DNA from: Candidatus Latescibacterota bacterium
Lineage (GTDB): Bacteria > Latescibacterota > UBA2968 > UBA8231
Direction: 5' to 3'
DNA: 64,000 nt
Assembly: GCA_965206595.1 (NCBI GenBank)
Contig: OZ242214.1
Coordinates: forward strand, 6,304,001 to 6,368,000
Shown: piece after piece, positions 1 to 9,651 of the stretch
Position numbering within the stretch: position 1 is the stretch's first letter
How the letters are laid out: each line of letters opens with the position of its first letter
Program-made: the position numbers and the translations under genes
Notes under the pieces: model-generated
Seen by the model: the letters and a program-made list of their open reading frames with translations, nothing else
The model's database searches: none
Told to the model about the DNA's origin: nothing

Positions 1-551
1 TTCATCTCCTGCGCTACCACGGGGTCCTGGCGCCCCGGGCCCGGGCCCGCGAGCGCATCGTGGCGGCCAAGCCGGGTGCCGAGCCGGCGGCGGCGGACGG
101 CTTGGCGAGCGCTGCGTCCTGCGGCCATCGGCTGCGCTGGGCGACCCTGCTGGCGCGGGTGTTTTCCTCCGACCTCAGCCAATGCGCGGCCTGTGGCGGG
201 CGCCTGCGGATCGTCGCCGCCCTGACCGATCCGGCCTCGATCCGGACCTATCTGGAGGGGGTAGGGCGGCCGGGGATGCCCCCGCCGAGAGCCCCGCCTC
301 AGCCGCTGCTCGAGTTCGCCGCCTGACCTCCTCCCGCGATCCGCTCCCGGCACCGGGCCTGCGGAGGGGTGTGCCCTCAACGGTCCTCAGGCCCCGGATT
401 GATCCGGATACGGGCCGACAGGCAACTAAACTGTACTGCGAGCTCGGTCGAAGGACGGGCAAACGATCCTCCGGGAGCTGTCGGACCCTGGCGGTGCGCT
501 GTCCGCCTTGACCGAGAGTCCAAAAAAGGTGCCTCATTTTACCTATACTTC
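1..551 (+). mobile_element. IS91/ISCR-family element, 3' part ending in an oriIS-like end
   Basis: Transposase C-terminus followed by ~225 bp ending ...aaaaaaggtgcctcattttacctatacttc. The CCTATAC end is typical of ISCR oriIS. A near-identical copy at 8474-8988 stops at the same base. Confidence 0.75.
3..326 (+). CDS. IS91/ISCR-family (Y2) transposase, C-terminal part (runs off window start)
   Basis: HLLRYHGVLAP...WATLLARVF..D...CAACGGRLRIVAALTDP, the typical IS91-family C-terminus with a CxxC knuckle. Confidence 0.8.
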   Translation, partial: HLLRYHGVLAPRARARERIVAAKPGAEPAAADGLASAASCGHRLRWATLLARVFSSDLSQCAACGGRLRIVAALTDPASIRTYLEGVGRPGMPPPRAPPQPLLEFAA

Positions 552-686
552 CCCGCCATGGTCTAGGGCATCTAGTGCGGCATTGATGTTTTTGCGAACC
601 GGCAAAGGGCGGACGACCCCCTGGGGCGTCAGTTCGACGCAGATGTTTGGGTTTCATCAAGGCCGCGGGCATTGGGCGCCAAGAGC

Positions 687-2321
687 TCACAGTTTGCTCG
701 AGGGCCATGCAAAAGGGCACCGGCCGTCGTGCCCGTACGTGAAGAGCGCTGTCCGCCTCGGTGACTCAGCCTCCCAGCGGTACGCCCCGTGACAGACCGT
801 CCCTCCCAAAAAGAAGAGAACAGATCCGCGACGCATTGGAATGTGGCGGATCGGCGCGCGCTCGTTGCAGACCCGCACCGAATGCGGTAAGGGGTAGTGC
901 GATTTGTGACTGCCCGGCACTACGACAAATCCGCCATCGTCGGGCCCGACGTCGGTGAGCTGCCAGGCGACGTTGATGCCCGACCTCGTGTGCACGCGCC
1001 CGTTTACCATCTCGTAGTGCTTGCCGATGCAGGTCGGGTTGGCGTTCCCCGAGTGCAGCATCTGCCCGCTCGAGCCTTTGACGTGGCACAGGGCCGTGTT
1101 CTGAGTTGCCCTGTACCCTGGTCCAATCATCCAGTTCAGGCGCTGGATGACGGCCGGATGCGCCAGCATTTTGAGGAAAGGCGCATTGTGCGGCGCCGGT
1201 AACTGAAACAAGTCCTTCAGGTCCGGCCGGCCCGTGCCCGAGATCGTCGGCGCCCCAGGGATGTCGGCAAGCGTCACGTCCCCGTCAAGCTTGTCGCCTG
1301 CGCCCCGGTACACCAGACGGTCGAGGTTGGCGTCGATGCCCGCCACGGCCGCATCGACCCAATCATCGTCCATGACGCCCTCGACCAACAGGAAGCCCTG
1401 GGTGTCAAACGCCCAGCGCTCGGCATGATCATCTCGGCGTTCGAACTCGAGGGCAGAGGAGGCCCTCTGCGCCGCGTCGGCATCGGCGGCGGAGGTAAGC
1501 CAGGTGGCAGTGCCGTCCGACAGGAGCAGGCGACGCGAGTCGCCGCCCGCCAGCACGGTTTGCTCGGCCTCGCCCAGCCCTTCCGCCCATGCGGGCAGGG
1601 GCTGCTTGTCCCGCTCGTCAGGTGGCCCCTGTGACCGAGCCGTACGCGAGATGAAATTTGCCACGAGTAGCTCGCCCTCATCACCCTGCGGGCAAATCCC
1701 GTGCAGCGTGCTGGCGGCGCACAGCAGCACGTCGCCTGCCGCCAGCGCCGGGCGCTCGGCGAAGCGGCTGGAGGATGAAAGCGGTGGGGCAGGCAGCCCG
1801 CTCTTGTGCGAGGAGGGCACGACCACCAGCGGGCACTTGCCTTCTGCGGAGTTCGTGAGGGCGATGGCCACCACCAGCCCCTGACACTGTCGGATGCGGA
1901 CCTCTTCCCAAGTGCCGCCGGCTCGCGTGAGCGGAGTTCCGTCGGCGTTGCGGCCATTCCACCCCGCCAGGTTGATGTACGCCCGGTCCAGCGTGTGCAC
2001 CCCGCCTTCCAGTGGCAGCGAGGCTTCGTCGTACCCTCCTGCGGCGGCGGCAGGGACGTGCCTCGCAGGGCCGTCCTGGCGAAAGCCATCGCCGCACAGC
2101 TCGCGCACGTAGCGTCCGACGGCGCCGTCCTCGCTGCAGAGATCATCCAGCCCATCGCCGCTGTCGCGGCACGCGGACAGTTCGGCCTGGCTGAGGAGTT
2201 GCGGCAACACGACGAACCCGAGCGCGTCGAAGGTGAAGTTCTGCTCTATGGTAAGGATCGATGGCTCGTGTACGTGCGTCGCCTCGTTCCAGTGGTTCAC
2301 GGTGTAGGTGTCGATGTCCAT
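687..2321 (-). CDS. Tandem-domain phytanoyl-CoA dioxygenase (PhyH) family Fe(II)/2OG oxygenase
   Basis: Two repeats of FD..GF+++, VVPxSHKS and distal H motifs (TLHG, VCHG). Start taken at MDIDTY (2321). Confidence 0.8.
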   Translation of the reverse strand: MDIDTYTVNHWNEATHVHEPSILTIEQNFTFDALGFVVLPQLLSQAELSACRDSGDGLDDLCSEDGAVGRYVRELCGDGFRQDGPARHVPAAAAGGYDEASLPLEGGVHTLDRAYINLAGWNGRNADGTPLTRAGGTWEEVRIRQCQGLVVAIALTNSAEGKCPLVVVPSSHKSGLPAPPLSSSSRFAERPALAAGDVLLCAASTLHGICPQGDEGELLVANFISRTARSQGPPDERDKQPLPAWAEGLGEAEQTVLAGGDSRRLLLSDGTATWLTSAADADAAQRASSALEFERRDDHAERWAFDTQGFLLVEGVMDDDWVDAAVAGIDANLDRLVYRGAGDKLDGDVTLADIPGAPTISGTGRPDLKDLFQLPAPHNAPFLKMLAHPAVIQRLNWMIGPGYRATQNTALCHVKGSSGQMLHSGNANPTCIGKHYEMVNGRVHTRSGINVAWQLTDVGPDDGGFVVVPGSHKSHYPLPHSVRVCNERAPIRHIPMRRGSVLFFLGGTVCHGAYRWEAESPRRTALFTYGHDGRCPFAWPSSKL

Positions 2322-2428
2322 AGTTAGACCTCGATGGATTCTGGAGGGTGGACGGTGTTTTCTGGCATCTCTCCGTCCCACTCAACCCATTCAACATCCA
2401 CGCTATGCTACCTACCGAGAACACCGCT

Positions 2429-3410
2429 ATGGCGGCAAACTAAACAAAGTTCGCGTATCTTACAACTACGGCTCCTATTGGGCAAACTTCAGGAGAAAAA
2501 TTGAAAGCCCAGACAAATCAGCTATTCGAGAATATGGGGGATGGCACCTTTGCCGAAGGGTCCCTGACCTCGAGTTCCTAGCTGTCTACCACCGGTTTGG
2601 TCTAGAACTCAAGAAGGACCGGCGGGAACGGCATCGGATGTCGATCGAACTGCCACTCATTCCCGATCGAGTCGCAGCACTCGCAGGCGACCTCGGGTTT
2701 ACTGAAGCAATCGTCGGCCAGCACTACGAGCCCTTCCGTGGAGAGGAGATCTCTGCCGTTCGGAGCGGACGGTGGCTTCTTGGTTGGATTCGCATTGGTG
2801 ACTACAAGGTGCACCAGACAGAGGTTTACGTTCAAGACAAGCAGGCGCTACTGGCGGATGCCCCAAGCAACCGCCAGTTCGAGATCGTCCAGAATGGAGA
2901 CAGGCGTGTTGTGTCAGGACACAACTGGCATCGAGCCGTGTCTGCTCTAGATGCCCGATTTCTGTTCAACATCGCTGATCCAAAGCCAACGGATGTCATC
3001 TTGGATCCATTTGCCGGATTTGGCGGGCTTGCCCTTGAAGGGAGACGTCGTGAACTCACAGTCTTCGTGTCCGACATCGATGATAGCCTGTCTCCAAGCC
3101 TCTCAGCGAACTTTCGGAACTTGTACGTAGTTGCCGATGCCAGACATCTGCCCATACGAACCGACCACTTCGATCTGATCATCACAGAACCGCCCTTCCG
3201 GAGTTCCTGCCGTCAGGCCGTCATGGACTCGTTGCCTGAGCTGTACGCGCCATGAAGCACACGGGACGACTGATCCTACTAATTGCCATGGACATGTGCG
3301 ATAGGATTCATGGGCAGTTCGAGCAGATGGGAGCGAAAGTCGATGTCATCGGTGTCATTCCCCGCGGAGCTCGACGGAAGTGTCCAGTATTGAGGATAAC
3401 TCTCGGCTGA
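2429..3410 (+). pseudogene. SAM-dependent amino-methyltransferase (TRM11/RsmD-like), two apparent 1-nt frameshifts
   Basis: ILDPFAGFGG (motif I) and ITEPPF (motif IV-like). Adding one A near 2438 links ATG 2429, and adding one C near 3247 extends the frame through MKHTGRLILLI to TGA 3410. Confidence 0.6.
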
Positions 3411-3474
3411 ATGAGTGGGATTGCACAGTCGAGAGTATGTCTCTAATTGGTGCCAAGATTGGAACTGACACATC

Positions 3475-3864
3475 ATGGAACAGACCAGAATCGGCCTGAT
3501 CGGAGTGGGACGTTTCTGTCCGAAATATCACATTCCGAATCTCATCCCGCGGAGGGACGTGGAGATCACAGCAGTCTGTGACATCTCGCAGGCTCGTCTG
3601 GACAACCTGCCGGAGAGTCTGTGCGCAAGCCAGACCAGTCGGGATTACCGCGCCCTGCTTGACCCCGATCTCGTGGACGGTGTCGTCGTCAGCACCCCAA
3701 CTTCGTCGATGTGATCCAGGGAAAGAAGGTCATCGAGAGCGCACCCCGTGTGGACCCCACACAGCCGCGACGGACTACAGGCTCTAAGAGTGGTCGAGGC
3801 GATTCACGAGGCAGGAAGGACCGGCAGGTCGGTTGCCGTACCTCTGTCGGAGAGCTCGAAATGA
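3475..3864 (+). pseudogene. Gfo/Idh/MocA oxidoreductase remnant with a large internal deletion
   Basis: N-terminal RIGLIGVG...VDGVVVSTP, followed almost at once in another frame by the C-terminal DGLQALRVVEAIHEAGRTG. Confidence 0.7.
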
Positions 3865-4021
3865 ATAAAACAGCCCAAAGATCGCGTTAAGGTGAGGGTG
3901 CTACGTAATGGGAGGGAATCTTCACACTCCTGTGCGCTGACCGACCCAGTCATAGAGCAAGTCCCCGGAATACAACGGACGCGAGCACGGGTGGTCCGCC
4001 CATTGCAGTTGGACCGGCACC

Positions 4022-4860
4022 ATGCCGGTCACACCTGTCCGCCCACCCGAGTACCGCCGCCGCGAACCGGAAAAAGAGCCCCTCTACCGGATCCTCGCCG
4101 GGCATCTGGAAGCCTTTCTCCAGCACACCCGAACGTCCGAGCACCAACTGCCGCTCCACGTCGAGAAGGAGATGCGCGCCTACCTCGAATGCGGCATTCT
4201 GGCCTACGGGTTCGTGCGCGCCCGGTGTGCGGACTGCGGGAAGAGCCGGGCCGTTGCCTTTTCCTGCAAGAAGCGGGGGTTCTGCCCCTCGTGCTGCGGC
4301 CGGCGCATGGCCGATACGGCGGCGCGCCTGGTCGACGACGTGCTGCCCCGGGTGCCGGTGCGCCAGTGGGTGCTCAGCTTTCCGTACGAGATTCGCTACC
4401 GCCTCGCCTACGACGGCGAGTGGGTCTCGGCCGTACTGGCGGTGTTTCTGCGCGTGGTGGGCGGCTGGTATCGACGTCAGGCGCAGGCCATGGGCCATGA
4501 CCGCGCGCGGTGGGGCTCGGTGACCTTCGTCCAGCGGTTCGGTTCCTCCCTGAACCTCAATCCCCACATCCACGTGCTCATGCTCGACGGGGTCTACGTC
4601 GATGGGGAGGAGGCTCCGGTTTTCGTTCCCGCCCCGCCGTTGTCCGACCAAGCCGTGCAGCAGATTGTGGAGACGAGTGCGCGCCGCATCATCCGCTTGG
4701 GCACCAAACGCGGCCTGCTCGACGACACCGTAGCGGATGGGCTCGCCGACGAAGAGCCCGTGCTGGCGGCTCTCACCGCGGCTTCGGTGCGAGGGATCAC
4801 CGCCACCGGGGCACGCGCCGGCCAACGCCTGCGCGGCTTTTCCCTGCATGCGGCAACGCT
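4022..4860 (+). pseudogene. IS91/ISCR-family transposase, N-terminal part, truncated
   Basis: Zn-binding C..C...SCKKRGFCPSC, RQWVLSFP and the HUH motif NPHIHVL. Similarity stops after GFSLHAAT, where AT-richer sequence begins. Confidence 0.85.
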
Positions 4861-5381
4861 TTACCTTATTTACCAAGATACATACGTTCGTGTCAGATAG
4901 GGACAGGACCATTTCCCGAACCAATTGTTCGGATGCAAGGAGAGATACAAAATGAAGAAAAAAGAAGCAGAAGCCTTCCTCGAAATGCCTTATGATAAAA
5001 GGAGATTGATCGTTGTAGTTGACGACTCTGCGGAAAAGGATTGGACCGCAGTTGTTGAGGAGGTCATTGAGATGTACTGGCGCTACATGACTATCCCTGG
5101 AGCGATCCAAGCAGTGATAAAGGCAGCACGAGATCAGGAGGTTAATGTGCTCCCTGTCCCAAGAAGTGAAAGCACTGTGCTTCAATTCCCTCTAGGGCAT
5201 CCTCAAGATGGTGTGCTCTACGTTGGTCATCCTGCGATCCGCGAAATCTACTACCCGACTGCTCAGTTCCATCAACTGACGTTCGAACACAAGCTCTCTG
5301 AAGCTATTGAATTACTTATGGCCTTGGGTGCCATTGAGGTCAGTGTGGAGCATCAAGTGGGATGGGGAAGAGAGTTCTCAA

Positions 5382-7241
5382 CCTTTGTTATTCATTCAAC
5401 CCGCGCATAAGCGGACATAGGCGCTTCCGAGACCCCTTTGCTTAGCCTCAGAGGCTTGCGTCCCTTCTATAGTCGGCTTTTTGGGTAGAGCCGTCTCCTT
5501 ATCTCTACCGACCTTGTTGAAATTGTACGCGCCTTCTCGAAGACGCTTGCCTTTGCGAGCCCATCATCCCGACCGACCCGGCCTGCGCTTACGCCATCGC
5601 CGCGTCCACCGGTTTGAGCGTGGCCAGAAATCTCCACAGACGATCCCAGGCAGCCGCCGTCCCTTGGGTCAGGATGACGCCCACCCTGCGCCCATGCAAG
5701 GTGACGCGGGACGGCAGGCGCAGGTAGCGCCGTCGAAAACTGTCCAGGCTCAGGGCCGTCGTCGAGCGTCCGTATGTGCGGGGCCGCCCGCGTCGGGCCT
5801 CGGCGCGTTCGGCGGCCTGGCGGCCCAGGTGAAGCAGGTTGTAGGCCAGCAGGTTCAAGGTCAGAAGCGCCTGGTTGGCAGCGAAGGCATCCCGGGACGG
5901 GGTGCGCTGACGCGGCTCTCGACCCCGGTAGTGTTGCTTGCGACGGGTGGTAGAGGAGAGCTGAGGCTGGAGGGTGGAGCTCAACTCGCCGAGCATGCGC
6001 TCGAAAAGGCCGCGCTGACGATAAAAGGCGACCAGGTCGCGGCCGCTCATCGTCTGGGGACTCTGGTCGGTGATCAGGAAGAAGTGGCGGGCGATGGGCA
6101 GCTCTTCCGTCTCGGAAGGGACCAGGACCAACACCACCCGCCGGGGCTGCGCCCAGGACCTGGCTTGATAACGCAGCTCGCGACAGCGAAAACCCTCTTC
6201 CCGCAGCTCTTCCGGGTGCTGCGCCAGCTCCTGCTGATAGCCTTCCACCCAGGCACGAGCCAGCTCCTCCAGGCGCGCATTCTTCTTGATGCGCGCCACG
6301 TACGAGGTGTCGGCCCGCGCTTCCAGCTCACTCAGGAAAGACCCGCTCACCGAGGCCGCGTCGAAGCGCAGGATGAGGCGCCGGGCCAGATGCGACTGAA
6401 TCCAGTCCAAGCGCTTGCCGAGAGCCTCTGAGGCGCCCTCATGGGCGTGCACGTTGCCCGGCCGCAGCACGGCACCGAAGAAATCGCCCGTCTGCGCCGA
6501 GCCGAGGAGCAGGGGATGGTACCCCGAGGCGTGGAAGTAGCCGTTGTATTCGACCCCCGCCTGGTGCCCGTGCGCCGGCATCGGCAGGGCATCCATGTCG
6601 ACGGCCAACTCCTCGTATTTCATCCGTCCTTCCAGCAGCCGGCAACGAGACCGGGCGCTGCGCAGGACGGCTTCCTCCAACACCTCGCGGTTATAGGCAG
6701 TCGAGGCTTGCTCGAGCAGGCGCGACAGCGTCGGCTGACTGGCCAGTCCCTGCGGCCGGTCTTCGTCGCCGCTGCGCAACGGCGCCTGCCCTTTGCGATC
6801 GCTGACCGCCAGACGCAGGATCGGATCTTGGCGCAACGCGTCGGCGTCGGCGGCGTGGGTCCAGCCCTGTGCCAGCAGCACGATCTGTGTGCGCAGCAGC
6901 TCCGGCAGCGGGTGCGTGATCTGGTCTTGGGTACGGAGATCCTCGAAGTGGGCGTCGAGCCAATCCAGAACCCGGCTGTGTTCGAGCAGTTGACGCAACA
7001 TCAGCGCACCGGTGTCGCTGCCAAGGTGGGTGGGGCGGGCTTCGATGTGGATGGAGCGGTTGAAAGACGGCTGAATCGGCCCGGCTTGCTCGGACTCGGT
7101 GTGTGACGGTAATTCACCCATTGGGTGTCCTACTGTGTGATGGGTTCAAAGGGCGATACTGCCTTGTGTTTCCCTCTGAAATCTAAGCATGGGAGGCACC
7201 CAGTACAGCCCTCTCCACTAAAATTCCATGAATAACAAGGG
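5382..7241 (-). mobile_element. IS1380-family insertion sequence
   Basis: 14-bp terminal inverted repeats cctttgttattcat (5382) and atgaataacaaggg (7228-7241), one mismatch. Flanks ctcaa/atcaa look like a target duplication. Confidence 0.85.
5589..7121 (-). CDS. IS1380-family DDE transposase
   Basis: SDTGALML, LRQDPIL, LASQPTLSRL, VDMD, YNGYF...YHPL, LRPGN, RFDA and FYRQRG..E motifs. Confidence 0.9.
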   Translation of the reverse strand: MGELPSHTESEQAGPIQPSFNRSIHIEARPTHLGSDTGALMLRQLLEHSRVLDWLDAHFEDLRTQDQITHPLPELLRTQIVLLAQGWTHAADADALRQDPILRLAVSDRKGQAPLRSGDEDRPQGLASQPTLSRLLEQASTAYNREVLEEAVLRSARSRCRLLEGRMKYEELAVDMDALPMPAHGHQAGVEYNGYFHASGYHPLLLGSAQTGDFFGAVLRPGNVHAHEGASEALGKRLDWIQSHLARRLILRFDAASVSGSFLSELEARADTSYVARIKKNARLEELARAWVEGYQQELAQHPEELREEGFRCRELRYQARSWAQPRRVVLVLVPSETEELPIARHFFLITDQSPQTMSGRDLVAFYRQRGLFERMLGELSSTLQPQLSSTTRRKQHYRGREPRQRTPSRDAFAANQALLTLNLLAYNLLHLGRQAAERAEARRGRPRTYGRSTTALSLDSFRRRYLRLPSRVTLHGRRVGVILTQGTAAAWDRLWRFLATLKPVDAAMA

Positions 7242-7598
7242 ATCAAGTAACCTCGACGTGCCAATCGGAAAGACCGGAGAACAAGCTGGCACCACTGGGG
7301 GTGGGAATACCGAGAAACAGCGACGGTTACTCTTCCAAATTTCCCTAGAAGGAACTTCAGATCCGTCAGTCCCAAGTGGACTGGTTTGGTACCCCCACGA
7401 GCCTACATGGAAAAAAGTCGCAAAGAGTAGGATAGAATACGGCATGAAGAATTTTTCGTTTCGCTTCCAATATAAGAGCGACTTCGGCGTCAATGCGGAT
7501 CTCGGAGTTAGGGCTGGAAAGGCAGGGCTTGACCTAGGAGGGAAATTTGAAAACCATGAATCGACTATCTGGAATGTTCAGGGTTCTTTCAAGACCTC

Positions 7599-7824
7599 CT
7601 AGTGTCGCGTCCCACGGATAACTTGAAAAATTCCGGCGCTGAGGGGCCCGGCTCGCAAGGCGCCTGAGCGAGTCGTACCGGGGGTGTACGGCGAGCGGAG
7701 ACGGGATTGAGGGAAAAAATCGCACAGGATGAGGTTTCATTTATAAAACCGCTAAAACCGCGATTTTTTCCCTCGAACGGATCCGCGGCGAAAATTGCAT
7801 GGGATTCCTGGGACGCGACACTAG
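7599..7824. mobile_element. MITE (~226 bp), probably IS630-related
   Basis: Perfect 16-bp inverted ends ctagtgtcgcgtccca / tgggacgcgacactag, an internal inverted pair gagggaaaaaatcgc / gcgattttttccctc, and no credible ORF. Confidence 0.8.
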
Positions 7825-7836
7825 GGGGTTTCCAAA

Positions 7837-8434
7837 ATGGAGCGCAGAGACAACCAGGTTTACCAATCGGCACGAGGGCACTTGAAGGCAGCCGAAATAC
7901 TACGAAGCGTCAATGAAAATGATCCTTCGGTGAATGTAGTAGGCATGACGTCGTATCTCGTATCCATTGAGCAATACCTAAATCTTGTCACAAAACTCTG
8001 GGTGTTAGACGGTGTACCAAGGGACCGCGGCAAATCCCACCCGATAAGCAACAAATTCAAAAAAAGCAATGAGGAACGAAGACCTCAGACTAACCATTAA
8101 ACACGAATGGCATGCCCTTGTACGTTGTATCCAACTGCAAAATCAAGGTTGGCGTGCCTCTGATTGGTTACACGTTGAAGACACCATACAGAGACTGGGC
8201 AGCAAATACGTCAAACTTCGCAACTTTAACTTTCCCACGTGGTCGGTACGGGATCAACAGTGCCTGGCCTCGTTGGCGGTAGCGTTGGATTCGGTCGTGC
8301 GTAGTAAAGGAGGATTCTCTCCCCTTGTCCGTGATCCAGAGTCAGATATAGCCCTTTCACAAGAGGACGCCGACAGGGCCAGGAGCGAGGTTGGCTATCT
8401 GATGCGCCTTGTTAGGGGCAACACAAAGGACTAG
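7837..8434 (+). pseudogene. Possible HEPN-like protein split by an A7 tract (ORFs 7837-8100 and 8069-8434)
   Basis: Removing one A from 8059-8065 fuses both ORFs (KFKKAMRNEDLR). The helical pattern HLKAAEIL...SIEQYL...KSH.I resembles HEPN proteins. Confidence 0.45.
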
Positions 8435-8473
8435 CCGTCCAGAAGTGTTTCCCCGATACGCTGGTCTGCAGTA

Positions 8474-8988
8474 CGCTACCACGGGGTCCTGGCGCCCCGG
8501 GCCCGGGCCCGCGAGCGCATCGTGGCGGCCAAGCCGGTTGCCGAGTCGGCGGCGGCGGACGGCGATGCGAGCTGCGGTGGGCGACCCTGCTGGCGCGGGT
8601 GTTTCCTCCGACCTCAGCGCATGCGCGGCCTGTGGCGGGCGCCTGAGAATCATCGCCGCCCGGACCGATCCGGCTTCGATCCGGACCTGTCTGGAGGGGG
8701 TAGGGCTGCCGGTGATGCCCCCGCCGAGGGGCCCCCTGAGCCGCTGTTCGAGTTCGCCGCCTGACCTGCCTTCTCGACCCGTCGCCGTCGCCGGGTACGG
8801 CTGGGTGTGCCCTCAACGGTCCCTCAGGCCCCGGATTGATGCGGATACGGGCCGACAGGCAACCAAACTGTACTGCGAGCTCGGTCGAAGGACTGGCAAC
8901 GATCCTCAGGGGAGTTGCCAGACCCTGGCGGTACGCTCAGCCCCTTGACCGAGAGTCCAAAAAAGGTGCCTCATTTTACCTATACTTC
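8474..8988 (+). mobile_element. Second, degenerate IS91/ISCR 3' end with oriIS-like terminus
   Basis: Direct repeat of 12-551 with small indels, and an identical terminal ttgaccgagagtccaaaaaaggtgcctcattttacctatacttc. Confidence 0.85.
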
Positions 8989-9651
8989 GATCCCGAACTC
9001 AAGGCCGGAGACCTGCTGCTCGTAAACGAGCATACCTGGCACAAAGCGCCGAGCGGCACTTCCTCGGAAGATCGGTGCGGAATCTTCAACAAGTATTGTG
9101 CAGTCGACGCGCCTCCAGCTGCTGGCTACTATCCGTATAGCCCGGCAGCCCTCGACGCCCTGAGTGATGCCGGCAAGCGTCTCATCCCCGTCTGTTTTGA
9201 CAAACCGATCACGACGACGCGCCTTCTAATAGAGCATCCATCCGGTCAGGAATCGAGATACCTGATGCTGCATGACGACGAGCACGACCGCTGGGAACTT
9301 CCGGGGGGAGAAGGCTGGGAAGAGGAAGGGGTTGGCTGGGATATCGGCGCGCGGATCGGCTCTCTGCAGGAACTCACAAAGACACAGCTCGGACTGGACA
9401 TCCCGTGGATGTCCTACATCGAGGATGTTGAAACGAAAGACGGTGTCTGCCGACTGTACGGCTACTCCGATGAAACATTGCCTCCTGACCAACTGGCCCG
9501 CGATCGGCATGAGTGGTTCACGAAAGACCAGCTACGGCGACTCCTCGGTGAGAGCGACTGGATCTGTCGCGCCGTCCAGACCTGGAAACGCCGGGATATC
9601 ATTCGAGGCAAAGGCAAGGCGGTCCGCCAGAGCGAACGGCAGTTCGAGTGA
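8989..9651 (+). pseudogene. 5'-truncated gene: PhyH-like C-terminus joined to a NUDIX-like domain
   Basis: ELKAGDLLLVNEHTWH (PhyH distal His strand), then WELPGG. It begins exactly at the oriIS end and has no start codon of its own. Confidence 0.55.

Larger units (their letters stand above)
4952..7602 (+). pseudogene. Hypothetical protein (261 aa when rejoined) interrupted by IS1380
   Basis: Joining 4952-5381 to 7247-7602 gives one open frame ...GWGREFS-SNLDVPIGK...GSFKTS*. Confidence 0.8.

Noticed and set aside
4860-8473. Integron cassette array
   Set aside because: No tyrosine integrase and no recognisable attC (RYYYAAC...GTTRRRY) sites. The palindromic element there is better explained as a MITE.
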